Position numbers and translations under genes: made by a program. A DNA stretch of 60,546 nucleotides from a virus (Duplodnaviria > Caudoviricetes). The stretch covers positions 1 to 60,546 of IMG/VR virus record IMGVR_UViG_3300030101_000172; one strand, written 5' to 3'. Every line of letters begins with the position of its first letter. Position 1 is the stretch's first letter. Below the pieces are notes generated by a model. That model was not told the DNA's origin, ran no database searches, and worked only from the letters and a program-made list of their open reading frames with translations. Below, in pieces: positions 9,359 to 17,615 of this stretch.

Positions 9359-10003
9359 TTACCCCACATTAACTCTTTGTTGACCAGAACGATAGTAATC
9401 TTGTCTTAGTTTACCATCACCAAATTGTTTTAATAAAGTTATAGCTTGTAAATAATACTTTTCATATAGAGCAACCAAGTCAGGCTCTCCTTTCATAAAC
9501 CGTATAGCTTCTACCAAAGCCCCATTTAGTAATGCTGAATCAAAATTATCCCCTAAATATGTGCCTCCTGCAGTCACAATAGACGTAGGATACTTTGCAT
9601 ATATGTGTTCTAATGTATAATTAGCATCTGGAATTGGAGAAAACATAAATTTTATTTTATTGCCTGAAGTGCTATGATAAGCATAAAACTTTGGTAACCC
9701 ACGTTTAGCAGTTGTAGTTACAGGGTACGCCTCTCTTAAAAAATTAGAATCTTTATTTAATAAAAAAGTCTGAGTATCATTATTTACTATTGCTAAACTA
9801 TAAGTATACAAATACCCATCAGGTGTAGTATACAGCTCGTTACCAGCGGTTAAACTACTACTATCAACATTACGCATTGCTGCTAACTCTACAGTATTAA
9901 ATATTTTTTGTTCTGCCTGTTGGGTAAACATAGCGAGTTGGTCATCTGTAAATGTTGTTTCACATATATCTAATATGTTTGCTTTTAAAGATGTATAATT
10001 CAT
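9359..10003 (-). CDS. Head-tail adaptor / tail tubular-like protein
   Basis: MNYTSLK...GLPKFYA...PIPDANYTLEH...ALLNGALVEA pattern and position among the virion genes. Confidence 0.6.
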   Translation of the reverse strand: MNYTSLKANILDICETTFTDDQLAMFTQQAEQKIFNTVELAAMRNVDSSSLTAGNELYTTPDGYLYTYSLAIVNNDTQTFLLNKDSNFLREAYPVTTTAKRGLPKFYAYHSTSGNKIKFMFSPIPDANYTLEHIYAKYPTSIVTAGGTYLGDNFDSALLNGALVEAIRFMKGEPDLVALYEKYYLQAITLLKQFGDGKLRQDYYRSGQQRVNVG

Positions 10004-10011
10004 AATTACCT

Positions 10012-10338
10012 CTAACTTGTACTAACTGTTACTTGCCCCACAACCACAGACGTGGCAAAACTTAATTTATTAAACTCAGAACCAGAGTATATTAACGCCC
10101 TACTTTTAGGGTATCCAGTAAAATCTGGTCTAGGGTTACGTATAGCTTGTGGATCGTGTACAGGGTATCTACCTAATTCGTTTTGTGGATGGTCAGGATT
10201 CCAACACTGTGGACACGCTTTTATATTTGTATCACTACCTCTTCTTATTAAACTTCTTAACTCTCTTAAATAAAATCTAAATCCGCATATATCGCACTCT
10301 GCTAAAGCGTTTCTACCTGATGCAAATTTACTTGCCAT
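10012..10338 (-). CDS. Zinc-ribbon hypothetical protein
   Basis: CDICG and CPQC pairs, plus DHPQ...DPQAIRNPRPD. Confidence 0.7.
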   Translation of the reverse strand: MASKFASGRNALAECDICGFRFYLRELRSLIRRGSDTNIKACPQCWNPDHPQNELGRYPVHDPQAIRNPRPDFTGYPKSRALIYSGSEFNKLSFATSVVVGQVTVSTS

Positions 10339-10340
10339 AT

Positions 10341-11021
10341 CTAAATCCTACTTATTCTTGGTACGAAATTTTCTGATGTTTTTTCTCTATCCTCACCAGC
10401 AGCTAACGCATACTGCTCATCATATGCGGCTTTTAACATTTCTATTCTTGGTGCTAACTCTGGAACTTTCATAGCTATATGATAAGCTAATCCAGCAACC
10501 AAACATGGTAAAAAACGAAATACTATATCTGGTGTTTCCACACCATTACCAGCGTCTTGTATTCTTCTCATTCTAAAATATACAAATGTGTAACTGGTAT
10601 CAGGGACAGGATATAAATTTATTCTTGGTGTTATCAATCTCTCTATAAATACTTGTATTGGTCTACCCCTTGTTAACTTGTTAGGGATAGATGAGTAAGT
10701 ACTTACACCTATACGACTTATAGTAAGATCAGATTGTGTAGTGGCATTACCTGCATTTGTACGTATAACTTGATCGAGAAGATCTATTGTATCTGCAGGT
10801 AAATCATATTGTGCCGTTCCTGCTGTCACAGATATAGTTCCTTCATCTATTGTCCACATATTAATACCACGGTTTTGCCATTCTATGGTCATTAGATTCA
10901 TAGACCTGCGAGCAGTTCTTAAATCATAACCCGAACGCATTTCTCTACCTGCACGTTCCCAAGCCTCTTCAGCTATCTCCGTGAAGTCCATCTCAAATGC
11001 GGTTGTTCCCGATGTCGCCAT
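10341..11021 (-). CDS. Head-tail connector/adaptor-like protein
   Basis: EEAWERAG...ARRSMNLM...EWQNRGINMWT...IPNK..GRP pattern and position in the virion operon. Confidence 0.6.
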   Translation of the reverse strand: MATSGTTAFEMDFTEIAEEAWERAGREMRSGYDLRTARRSMNLMTIEWQNRGINMWTIDEGTISVTAGTAQYDLPADTIDLLDQVIRTNAGNATTQSDLTISRIGVSTYSSIPNKLTRGRPIQVFIERLITPRINLYPVPDTSYTFVYFRMRRIQDAGNGVETPDIVFRFLPCLVAGLAYHIAMKVPELAPRIEMLKAAYDEQYALAAGEDREKTSENFVPRISRI

Positions 11022-11041
11022 ATCCTAAACTTTCTTTTACC

Positions 11042-11302
11042 TTACGTAAACTTTCTGTATGTTCTCGTTTTTTTAGCAATCTTTTTGGGCTGTTTAGCCA
11101 CTTGTTTACCTTTTCTAGTTGCCTTGCGTTTAGCAGCCGTAGAACGGGCGTATTCAGCGGGCGAAAGAGCCTTAATTGCTTTTTCAGGTAAGTAACGCTC
11201 GCCTGTTGCCTTTGGCCCTTGTGTACTAGGTTTACCACTTTTGGTTCGCCATTTCTGTTTACCCCATGCTTTTAAGCTCCTTTGTGACTTCTTTAAGGCC
11301 AT
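11042..11302 (-). CDS. Small basic protein (DUF5872-like C-terminal half, tentative)
   Basis: Lys/Arg-rich, SLKAWGKQKWRTKSG...ERYLP. TAATG coupling to the upstream gene. Confidence 0.7.
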   Translation of the reverse strand: MALKKSQRSLKAWGKQKWRTKSGKPSTQGPKATGERYLPEKAIKALSPAEYARSTAAKRKATRKGKQVAKQPKKIAKKTRTYRKFT

Positions 11303-11520
11303 TAGCTAGTATAACCTCCACCAGCTTTCTTATAGGCTTTAGCCATCATCTGGGCTTTACGAGCACTCCACTGACCAGGTCTACCACCCTTACCGCCAGC
11401 TTTTATTCTATTGAAAATACGCTTACGTAAAGATGGTTTTGTGTAGTTACCAGCTTCGTTGACTCTGCTTTTACTTTTCTTCTTTTTTACAGAACCACCT
11501 TTTTTATAATATACTCTCAT
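11302..11520 (-). CDS. Small basic protein (DUF5872-like N-terminal half, tentative)
   Basis: NYTKPSLRKRI...GGKGGRPGQWSARKAQMMAKAYKKAGGGY. Confidence 0.7.
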   Translation of the reverse strand: MRVYYKKGGSVKKKKSKSRVNEAGNYTKPSLRKRIFNRIKAGGKGGRPGQWSARKAQMMAKAYKKAGGGYTS

Positions 11521-11528
11521 TTAAGCAC

Positions 11529-11879
11529 CTATACATACTTGGTTGGACGTGACCTAGAAACAATACCACCACCTCTGTACTTTATCATACCACCACTTTT
11601 CATAAATTTTGGCACTGTTTTTTCTGCTTTTTTTCTCTTTTTTTTGTCTTCATCTTGTAATTGCAAAGTCTCTAGTAAAGATCTTTTTTTACCAAAAACT
11701 TTTTCTTTTGCTTTCTTATCGCTTAAACCAAGATCCATACCTCCCTCACCTAAACGATCCTCTTCAGAACCATATTTACCTTTTATTCGTAATGGGTTAT
11801 CAGGCTTTTTTCCCTCTTCCTCACTTTTTTTAAGTTTAGATCTAAACTTTTCTTTCTCTCTAGTTTCAACTCTACCCAT
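11529..11879 (-). CDS. Small highly charged Lys-rich protein
   Basis: Co-oriented and coupled to neighbours. C-terminal MKSGGMIKYRGGGIV. Confidence 0.65.
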   Translation of the reverse strand: MGRVETREKEKFRSKLKKSEEEGKKPDNPLRIKGKYGSEEDRLGEGGMDLGLSDKKAKEKVFGKKRSLLETLQLQDEDKKKRKKAEKTVPKFMKSGGMIKYRGGGIVSRSRPTKYV

Positions 11880-12172
11880 TATCCAGAGCCTTTCATCATC
11901 ACCATTTTAGCGGATCTAACACCTTTTTTAGCTATACCACAGCCACGGACTTTTCCTCCGCCTCCGTATTTTTTGACTTTGCCACCACCCATCATTTTTT
12001 TAGGTTTGACCATGCCACCACCCATCATTTTACCTTTGCCATCTGCTGCAAAAAAAGGAACTTTCTGGCCTTGATCGTTGGTAACCATTTTTAGACTACC
12101 ACCGTCAGAGTACATGTTTTTCTTCTTCATTTTGTCTTTCATTTGTTTTGGCATACTTGCTCTATTTATCAT
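11879..12172 (-). CDS. Small basic Met/Lys/Gly-rich protein
   Basis: Repeated MMGGGMV, MMGGGKV and YGGGGKV. GGAG RBS. Confidence 0.7.
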   Translation of the reverse strand: MINRASMPKQMKDKMKKKNMYSDGGSLKMVTNDQGQKVPFFAADGKGKMMGGGMVKPKKMMGGGKVKKYGGGGKVRGCGIAKKGVRSAKMVMMKGSG

Positions 12173-12181
12173 TTTAATCTC

Positions 12182-12469
12182 CTAACATTTCCATCGTCTA
12201 CGTGCCTGACGTAAACGACTATTTGGGTTCTTCGCAGCTTTAGGGAATTTTTTCATTTGCCCAGCACTACGTGCACAAAAGGATTTGCGTCTTTTTGCAG
12301 CTTTACTACCAGGCTTAACTTTCCCAGTAACAGCGGTTTTTAGTTTAGATCCAGGGTTGTCTCTACGATACTTGGCTACACCTTTTTTAGTCATACCAGC
12401 ACCAGCTTTGGTGGGACGCTTATGCCCCCCTTTTATAGTGTGACCCTTCATTGTGCCTTTTTCTGCCAT
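12182..12469 (-). CDS. Small basic protein (DUF6321-like, tentative)
   Basis: NPGSKLKTAV...KRRKSFCARS...NSRLRQARRRWKC. Confidence 0.7.
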   Translation of the reverse strand: MAEKGTMKGHTIKGGHKRPTKAGAGMTKKGVAKYRRDNPGSKLKTAVTGKVKPGSKAAKRRKSFCARSAGQMKKFPKAAKNPNSRLRQARRRWKC

Positions 12470-12477
12470 ATCTACCT

Positions 12478-13083
12478 CTATGCGTAGAATACAGTTATAT
12501 TATCTGCCGTATCTAAAGTATACTTTACACAAGCTCCACTATCAAACAGAACACCCTCTGAAGGTATGGTTCTATCTACAGTGGTGTTAGCTGTTCCAAG
12601 AGTCCTTGATTTAAATAATGTAGTACCACTTTCGGGTGTGCCATTTATAAAGTCTACATCACCTGCTGTGCCACCTGACACTACGGATAATCCTTTTAAT
12701 CTTACTCTATTAGAACTTTCTACTGCTTGAGCACATAATGTTCCTGACCCAACTTTTATGTTAGCTGCATATTGTGCTGAACATTCGACCGCAGTAACAG
12801 TTAAAAATAATTTTGTGCCTGCCACTGCTTCTGCTGATCCAGTTGATGTTATAACTTCAGTCAAGACACTACCAAAAACATCTGTACCAGTAATAGTACA
12901 AGTCTTTGCATTATCACCTGTGCCTGTAGTTGTAACTGTAACATTTCTAGCTGCACCACCAGCAAACGTAGTGTTTGCCATCGTTGCGGAGGTGTTTGGT
13001 CTTGCTGCAGTTACTAATCTATCATCGTCTGCAGCATTCTCATCACTGATGGTCAGAGCTCGTACATCTGATAAACCTGCCAT
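12478..13083 (-). CDS. Putative virion structural protein
   Basis: GGAGG RBS, Thr/Ala/Gly-rich, downstream of the capsid genes. Confidence 0.6.
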   Translation of the reverse strand: MAGLSDVRALTISDENAADDDRLVTAARPNTSATMANTTFAGGAARNVTVTTTGTGDNAKTCTITGTDVFGSVLTEVITSTGSAEAVAGTKLFLTVTAVECSAQYAANIKVGSGTLCAQAVESSNRVRLKGLSVVSGGTAGDVDFINGTPESGTTLFKSRTLGTANTTVDRTIPSEGVLFDSGACVKYTLDTADNITVFYA

Positions 13084-13098
13084 AATCTAGCCTCCAAA

Positions 13099-13833
13099 TT
13101 AATCGTTGTTGAAATCGAAAGCCGCACCATGAATCTTGATAACAAGTTTACCTGCTGTATAAGCAGCCTCAGTTGCATCACCACAAGTTAGATACAGAAA
13201 TTTCTTACTCAAAGCCGCAAGAGTTGCTCCTGCGTCAGCTTCATTATGTAGTCCTAAAGTTAGATCACCATTGTTAAATAATATAGTTCCACTAGTTACC
13301 GCAGCATTTTCTGCTGTTGTGCCTGTTGCAGAACAAACAAGGTTGATGTCAGGATCTCCACCTGTAGGAACTTCAAGACAAATGAACTCTAATTTGTATG
13401 GTATACCATTAACTTCTTTAGTTAACTCAGCTATATAAGCATTAGCAGCACCACCATCAGTACCAATAACATCGTTAGCCGCTCCACCAGAAGCTAAACC
13501 TCCATGCAAGTCTACTAATATAGTTGTGACAATATCACCACCAATTTTGTTTATAAAGGTGTTTATCGCTGCATCAGCAATACCAGACCCATGTGCATTT
13601 GGAGTTACATTAAATATAGTAGCCGCAGTTCCTAAACTAGCGTTATTAGCACCAACTGTTGTTCCTGCTGCAACTATGTTATCTCTACCAGAAGTAGCAA
13701 CCTTTTGTACTTCTAATACACCACCACTTGAAGCGACTATCTGTTCTGTTAATACACCAGTGGTTACATTTTTGGATATTGTTTTAAAACCGTTTTCGGA
13801 TCGGACGGGGCCGTTAAAAGTTGTATTTGCCAT
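13099..13833 (-). CDS. Putative virion structural (capsid-associated) protein
   Basis: MANTTFNGPVRSENGF N-terminus. First gene after the major capsid gene. Confidence 0.6.
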   Translation of the reverse strand: MANTTFNGPVRSENGFKTISKNVTTGVLTEQIVASSGGVLEVQKVATSGRDNIVAAGTTVGANNASLGTAATIFNVTPNAHGSGIADAAINTFINKIGGDIVTTILVDLHGGLASGGAANDVIGTDGGAANAYIAELTKEVNGIPYKLEFICLEVPTGGDPDINLVCSATGTTAENAAVTSGTILFNNGDLTLGLHNEADAGATLAALSKKFLYLTCGDATEAAYTAGKLVIKIHGAAFDFNND

Positions 13834-13896
13834 TTAAATCTCCTTGTCTTGGCATGTTGAACATTATTGTTCATCAAGGTTTAGTTTATTATACAT

Positions 13897-13925
13897 AAAA
13901 ATAAAGGGGTGACAAGCACCCCCTT
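13897..13925 (-). terminator. Intrinsic terminator after the major capsid gene
   Basis: On the minus strand reads AAGGGGGTG-cttgt-CACCCCTT followed by TATTTTT. Confidence 0.75.
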
Positions 13926-13935
13926 AAATAAAAAT

Positions 13936-14844
13936 TTACGCCCCTGGGGTTCCGAAAATTCCTAAAGGATCGGATACACCAAAAGAGTATCTTTCTCTAG
14001 CTTTATAACGACTATTACCTGTGTCAAAGTCAGCATCCATAGATGTTGCCATTGGACTACGTGTAAAGTGTTTTAAGCCGTTTGGTACGTCAGTTAATAA
14101 GAAGAAAGCATCTGTATCAGTCAAGTAATGATTGATAGTGTAGCCCTCTGGGATAGAACCATTATTCTTTATTGCGTTTAGGTCATTATCCGCTGATCCT
14201 ACTCTTCCTTCAGTTTCTAACAATCTTGTTGCCACAAACTGTAGATTCGGTGGGATTATTAACTTTCTAGGTTTTGCTGCGATGAGTAGTCCTCTCTCAT
14301 CTGTCCACGCTGCGATCTGAATAACAGCGGCTTCCAAAGAAGTTTCGTTAAGATCGGCTGGAGTAGCAAACTCGTTTGAGTTAGTTCCACCACTTACCAA
14401 TGGGTGTGCAGTAGAACAAAGCTCCACTCCATCTCCATAAGTAGTACCTGAGTCAAAAGCATTATTTAAAATGTTTGCTGCTTTTACCTGTTTGGTATAC
14501 GCCATAGCACGAGCAAGTGCTTTTGTATAACGTGCTGACAAGGAGTCATACAAGTTATCTTCGATAGCCTCTTCTGTTATTGAAAAGCCCATCGCCACTG
14601 TTTCGTGTGTATAGCGAGCGGTGAATGCTTCCTGTGCAGTGTCATATTCGATGGCAGAACCTTCGTCTTTGACTGGTGCGGCAGAGAAGCCTGATAGTTT
14701 AGTTTCTTCTTCAAAAGATCTATCAGAAGTCTCGGATTCAAAGATTTCTGAATGTTCTTCAGTATATTTAGCGTATTCTAAACCGAATAACGCATTAAGA
14801 CCAGGAAGAAGCTCTTTAAGAAGTTGTGCTCTTGAAATTGCCAT
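13936..14844 (-). CDS. Major capsid protein
   Basis: 302 aa, MAISRAQLLKELLPGLNALFGLEY...YKARERYSFG. Follows the scaffold region and is followed by a terminator. Confidence 0.9.
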   Translation of the reverse strand: MAISRAQLLKELLPGLNALFGLEYAKYTEEHSEIFESETSDRSFEEETKLSGFSAAPVKDEGSAIEYDTAQEAFTARYTHETVAMGFSITEEAIEDNLYDSLSARYTKALARAMAYTKQVKAANILNNAFDSGTTYGDGVELCSTAHPLVSGGTNSNEFATPADLNETSLEAAVIQIAAWTDERGLLIAAKPRKLIIPPNLQFVATRLLETEGRVGSADNDLNAIKNNGSIPEGYTINHYLTDTDAFFLLTDVPNGLKHFTRSPMATSMDADFDTGNSRYKARERYSFGVSDPLGIFGTPGA

Positions 14845-14856
14845 TGTCTATTCCTC

Positions 14857-15492
14857 CTACAGTCCAACAGGGTTACGATAAGCGTGTCCACCAATGAACA
14901 CATTACTGCCATTGTCAGTATGTGTGCTGTAGATAACAAGCACTTCTTGGAATGTATCTGATCCCGTTGCTGTGCTGTCAACCACATCAATAATCTGAAA
15001 TGGTAGTGTCGAAGTAGTAGCAACAGAGCTGTTAATAGCTAATTTGGATCTTCCGTTAGTAGTATTTAATGTATTACTAATGATTGAAGCCTTATTACCA
15101 ATAACAGTTCTTCCCAATGTTGCCATTGTTGTACCTGAAGAGCAGATAGCTACTTTCAATATAATGTCAGGGTCATCAACAACAAAAGCACTGATATCGC
15201 TAGCAACAATGCTGCCAGGATATTGATTTCTGAATGTTAATTGTCCTGTATTTGGGTCTGTAAAACTGCAACCCATGAAAACACCTAGTGTTCCAGTAGC
15301 TGGAAAAGCAGTTGTACTTCCGTCTCGCTCGATTGTTCCGTCATTTACACGTTTTACTAAATCGCCTTTTCCGATAGCTGTGCCATAATTGCTAGCTATC
15401 TTCATTTGTCTAGTAGCACCTGCATAGTGACGACCACCAATCAAACCAACGGGGACTAGCCCGTAAGGGGCATCAAGATTTGGGTAAGCCAT
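14857..15492 (-). CDS. Putative capsid-associated (decoration/minor capsid) protein
   Basis: DAPYGLVPV...LGVFMGCSFTDP. Lies immediately upstream of the major capsid gene. Confidence 0.55.
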   Translation of the reverse strand: MAYPNLDAPYGLVPVGLIGGRHYAGATRQMKIASNYGTAIGKGDLVKRVNDGTIERDGSTTAFPATGTLGVFMGCSFTDPNTGQLTFRNQYPGSIVASDISAFVVDDPDIILKVAICSSGTTMATLGRTVIGNKASIISNTLNTTNGRSKLAINSSVATTSTLPFQIIDVVDSTATGSDTFQEVLVIYSTHTDNGSNVFIGGHAYRNPVGL

Positions 15493-15514
15493 AGCTTTGG
15501 TCTCCTGTTAAAAT

Positions 15515-15964
15515 TTAATTACCTTTTCCAAAAGTGATCTTCGTTTTTCTATCATTAAAGAGAGGCATACGAGGATCGTTTTCTCGCATGAGGTTGTTGT
15601 CTACTGATCTCATCTGATTATCGGTCTGTTGTTTAAAAAACGCAGTCCTTTCTTCTTTAAGTTCAATCGGAGCCTTACACAGCATTAACCCTCCTATTAC
15701 AATGTTATCTTTGAATTTATCGTTTTCAATAGTTACCAAAGTAATTTCTGGATGGTCAGATGCTTTCACAGGTTCCCAACCCTCACGTAATTTTGAGGAA
15801 ACATTGGTGGCATCAACTTGACCTTGTGTGGTTGTTCGTATCCAACGGTATGTGTATCCTGCCTCTTCTTTTGGAGCGGGCAATGTTTCTGGCCTCCTCC
15901 AAGCCTGTTTTCGAGTAGTAGTTTCACGTACAGTTTGTTCACGATTTATTCTATTCTCAGCCAT
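15515..15964 (-). CDS. Conserved head-region hypothetical protein
   Basis: YRWIR...KLREGWEPV...IGGLMLCK motif. Confidence 0.7.
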   Translation of the reverse strand: MAENRINREQTVRETTTRKQAWRRPETLPAPKEEAGYTYRWIRTTTQGQVDATNVSSKLREGWEPVKASDHPEITLVTIENDKFKDNIVIGGLMLCKAPIELKEERTAFFKQQTDNQMRSVDNNLMRENDPRMPLFNDRKTKITFGKGN

Positions 15965-17028
15965 TATTTTTTCCTCATTTCTTCTGCAACCTTCTTGGCG
16001 TATAACTCAAGTGGGACTCCAAGTCGATTAGCGAGATTTACTTGTGTTTGCGTTAGTCTGACCTTTTTAGGTGCTGTGCTCCGTGTAGCGGGTGCAACCA
16101 CATTGTTTAGCTTCGGCTTTTCGGTCTCAGTCTCTTCTTCTATTTCATTGTCCTCAAAATTCTCTGGGAACAATTTTCGCATACGAGCATCTATGGTCGA
16201 ATAGTACTCATCGGTTTTGGCGTAGTCGTTGCCATGTTGTTTAACAAGTTTGCTGTGCAACCCCAAAGCGTAACTTGTCATCTCGTCATCAACGCCATAC
16301 CATTGGTTTTTATCATGCCAACTCGATGCCTTTTGGTCAACGACTGGGGGTGGGGTGTTCCCTCCTTTATTTTGTACCTCACTATTTTCTTCTTGTAAAG
16401 CGGGTATTTTAAAATTATCTAACTTATCAGATTTAATTTTAGCAGCAGTTATACTTTCTTGAGCTGTGACTACAGCTTCTGAATCACCAGCATCATAAGC
16501 TACTTTATATGCTCTTTTAGCTTCATCTAGGTCTTTCTCTGCTGCTTTCTTAGCAGCTTCTAGCATAGCTGTCTGATTTTTATTTTGAGTTTCTTTTAGT
16601 TTATTATTTTCATCTACAAGCCTTTTTGCTAAACTTTCAAGCTCTTGTTTCTCACGAAACGCTGCTTCTTTAGCTCTACGCTCATCATGATAACCCTTAC
16701 TAAAATGTTTTATTCTGTTACGAACTTTATCAGAGTATTCTCCTAACTCTTCTTCTGTAACATCAGCAGGAGGCTCAGATGGCTTGCGGCCTCTATCTGC
16801 TTTAGGGACATCATTAACAACTTCTATTTCGTAGTTGTCTTCTTTTGTTTCTTTTTTATTTTCGGTCTGCCCTTTTTCTTCTTTGGAGTCTCCGTCAGTG
16901 GCAGAGGCTTTTCCAGAAATGTCAATTTCGACAGCACTAGATTTTTCAACTTCGATAGTATTGTTTTCATTTTTGTTATCATTTGTGTCCTCGTCAGGAA
17001 ATTTATATTCTACTTTTTGGAATGGCAT
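15964..17028 (-). CDS. Putative capsid scaffolding protein
   Basis: Acidic N-terminus, coiled-coil core and basic C-terminal VRLTQTQVNLANRLGVPLELYAK. Lies between portal and capsid genes. Confidence 0.7.
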   Translation of the reverse strand: MPFQKVEYKFPDEDTNDNKNENNTIEVEKSSAVEIDISGKASATDGDSKEEKGQTENKKETKEDNYEIEVVNDVPKADRGRKPSEPPADVTEEELGEYSDKVRNRIKHFSKGYHDERRAKEAAFREKQELESLAKRLVDENNKLKETQNKNQTAMLEAAKKAAEKDLDEAKRAYKVAYDAGDSEAVVTAQESITAAKIKSDKLDNFKIPALQEENSEVQNKGGNTPPPVVDQKASSWHDKNQWYGVDDEMTSYALGLHSKLVKQHGNDYAKTDEYYSTIDARMRKLFPENFEDNEIEEETETEKPKLNNVVAPATRSTAPKKVRLTQTQVNLANRLGVPLELYAKKVAEEMRKK

Positions 17029-17038
17029 TGTTTACTCC

Positions 17039-17431
17039 CTACATTGCTCTTTTAATACCAGTCGGATCAGCTATAACAGCTTCTATAGAATCGTCATTCA
17101 TTAGACGATACTCTAATCCATTGACTGTAAATCTTGTACCTGTATTAGCACGGAACATCACATAGTCTCCTTGCTTACACCAAGCCCCTGTCGGAAATCT
17201 TTCTTTATCCGCATATGCTTGATCGCCCATATCCATAACTAATCCCATTATGGACATTATGTGATCGTGCCTTTTAGTAGTATCTGTTTTTAATATATTA
17301 CTACCCTCATATGTATCTTTTTGTTGAGGTAATGCCACTAAAACACGATACCCTACAGGTTTAGGGAGTTGTGCATCTATTTCTTTATCAGTTAGCACTG
17401 TCTGATCTATTGCTGGTTCACTCATCTTCAC
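17039..17431 (-). CDS. groES: Co-chaperonin GroES (Cpn10)-like protein
   Basis: PKPVGYRVLV...GLVMDMG...KQGDYVMF...GTRFTVNGLEYRLMNDDSIEAVI matches the Cpn10 pattern. Confidence 0.85.
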   Translation of the reverse strand: MKMSEPAIDQTVLTDKEIDAQLPKPVGYRVLVALPQQKDTYEGSNILKTDTTKRHDHIMSIMGLVMDMGDQAYADKERFPTGAWCKQGDYVMFRANTGTRFTVNGLEYRLMNDDSIEAVIADPTGIKRAM

Positions 17432-17615
17432 CGTTCTCCTGTTGACGCACGAGGTCTTCTATTATACCGATACTGACTCCTAGACCTCGGATTAAGCCAG
17501 TAACTTCCTTATATTGTGCGTAGTCCTTTGGGCCACCACTTGTAAGAAACTGTATTGAAGTTAGTTTTTGCTCTTCTATATTTTTCTTTAAAACATCTAA
17601 GACTGTTAACCCCAT
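17418..17615 (-). CDS. Hypothetical protein
   Basis: Fills the gap between portal and groES. DYAQYKEVTGLIRGL motif. Confidence 0.7.
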   Translation of the reverse strand: MGLTVLDVLKKNIEEQKLTSIQFLTSGGPKDYAQYKEVTGLIRGLGVSIGIIEDLVRQQENGEDE

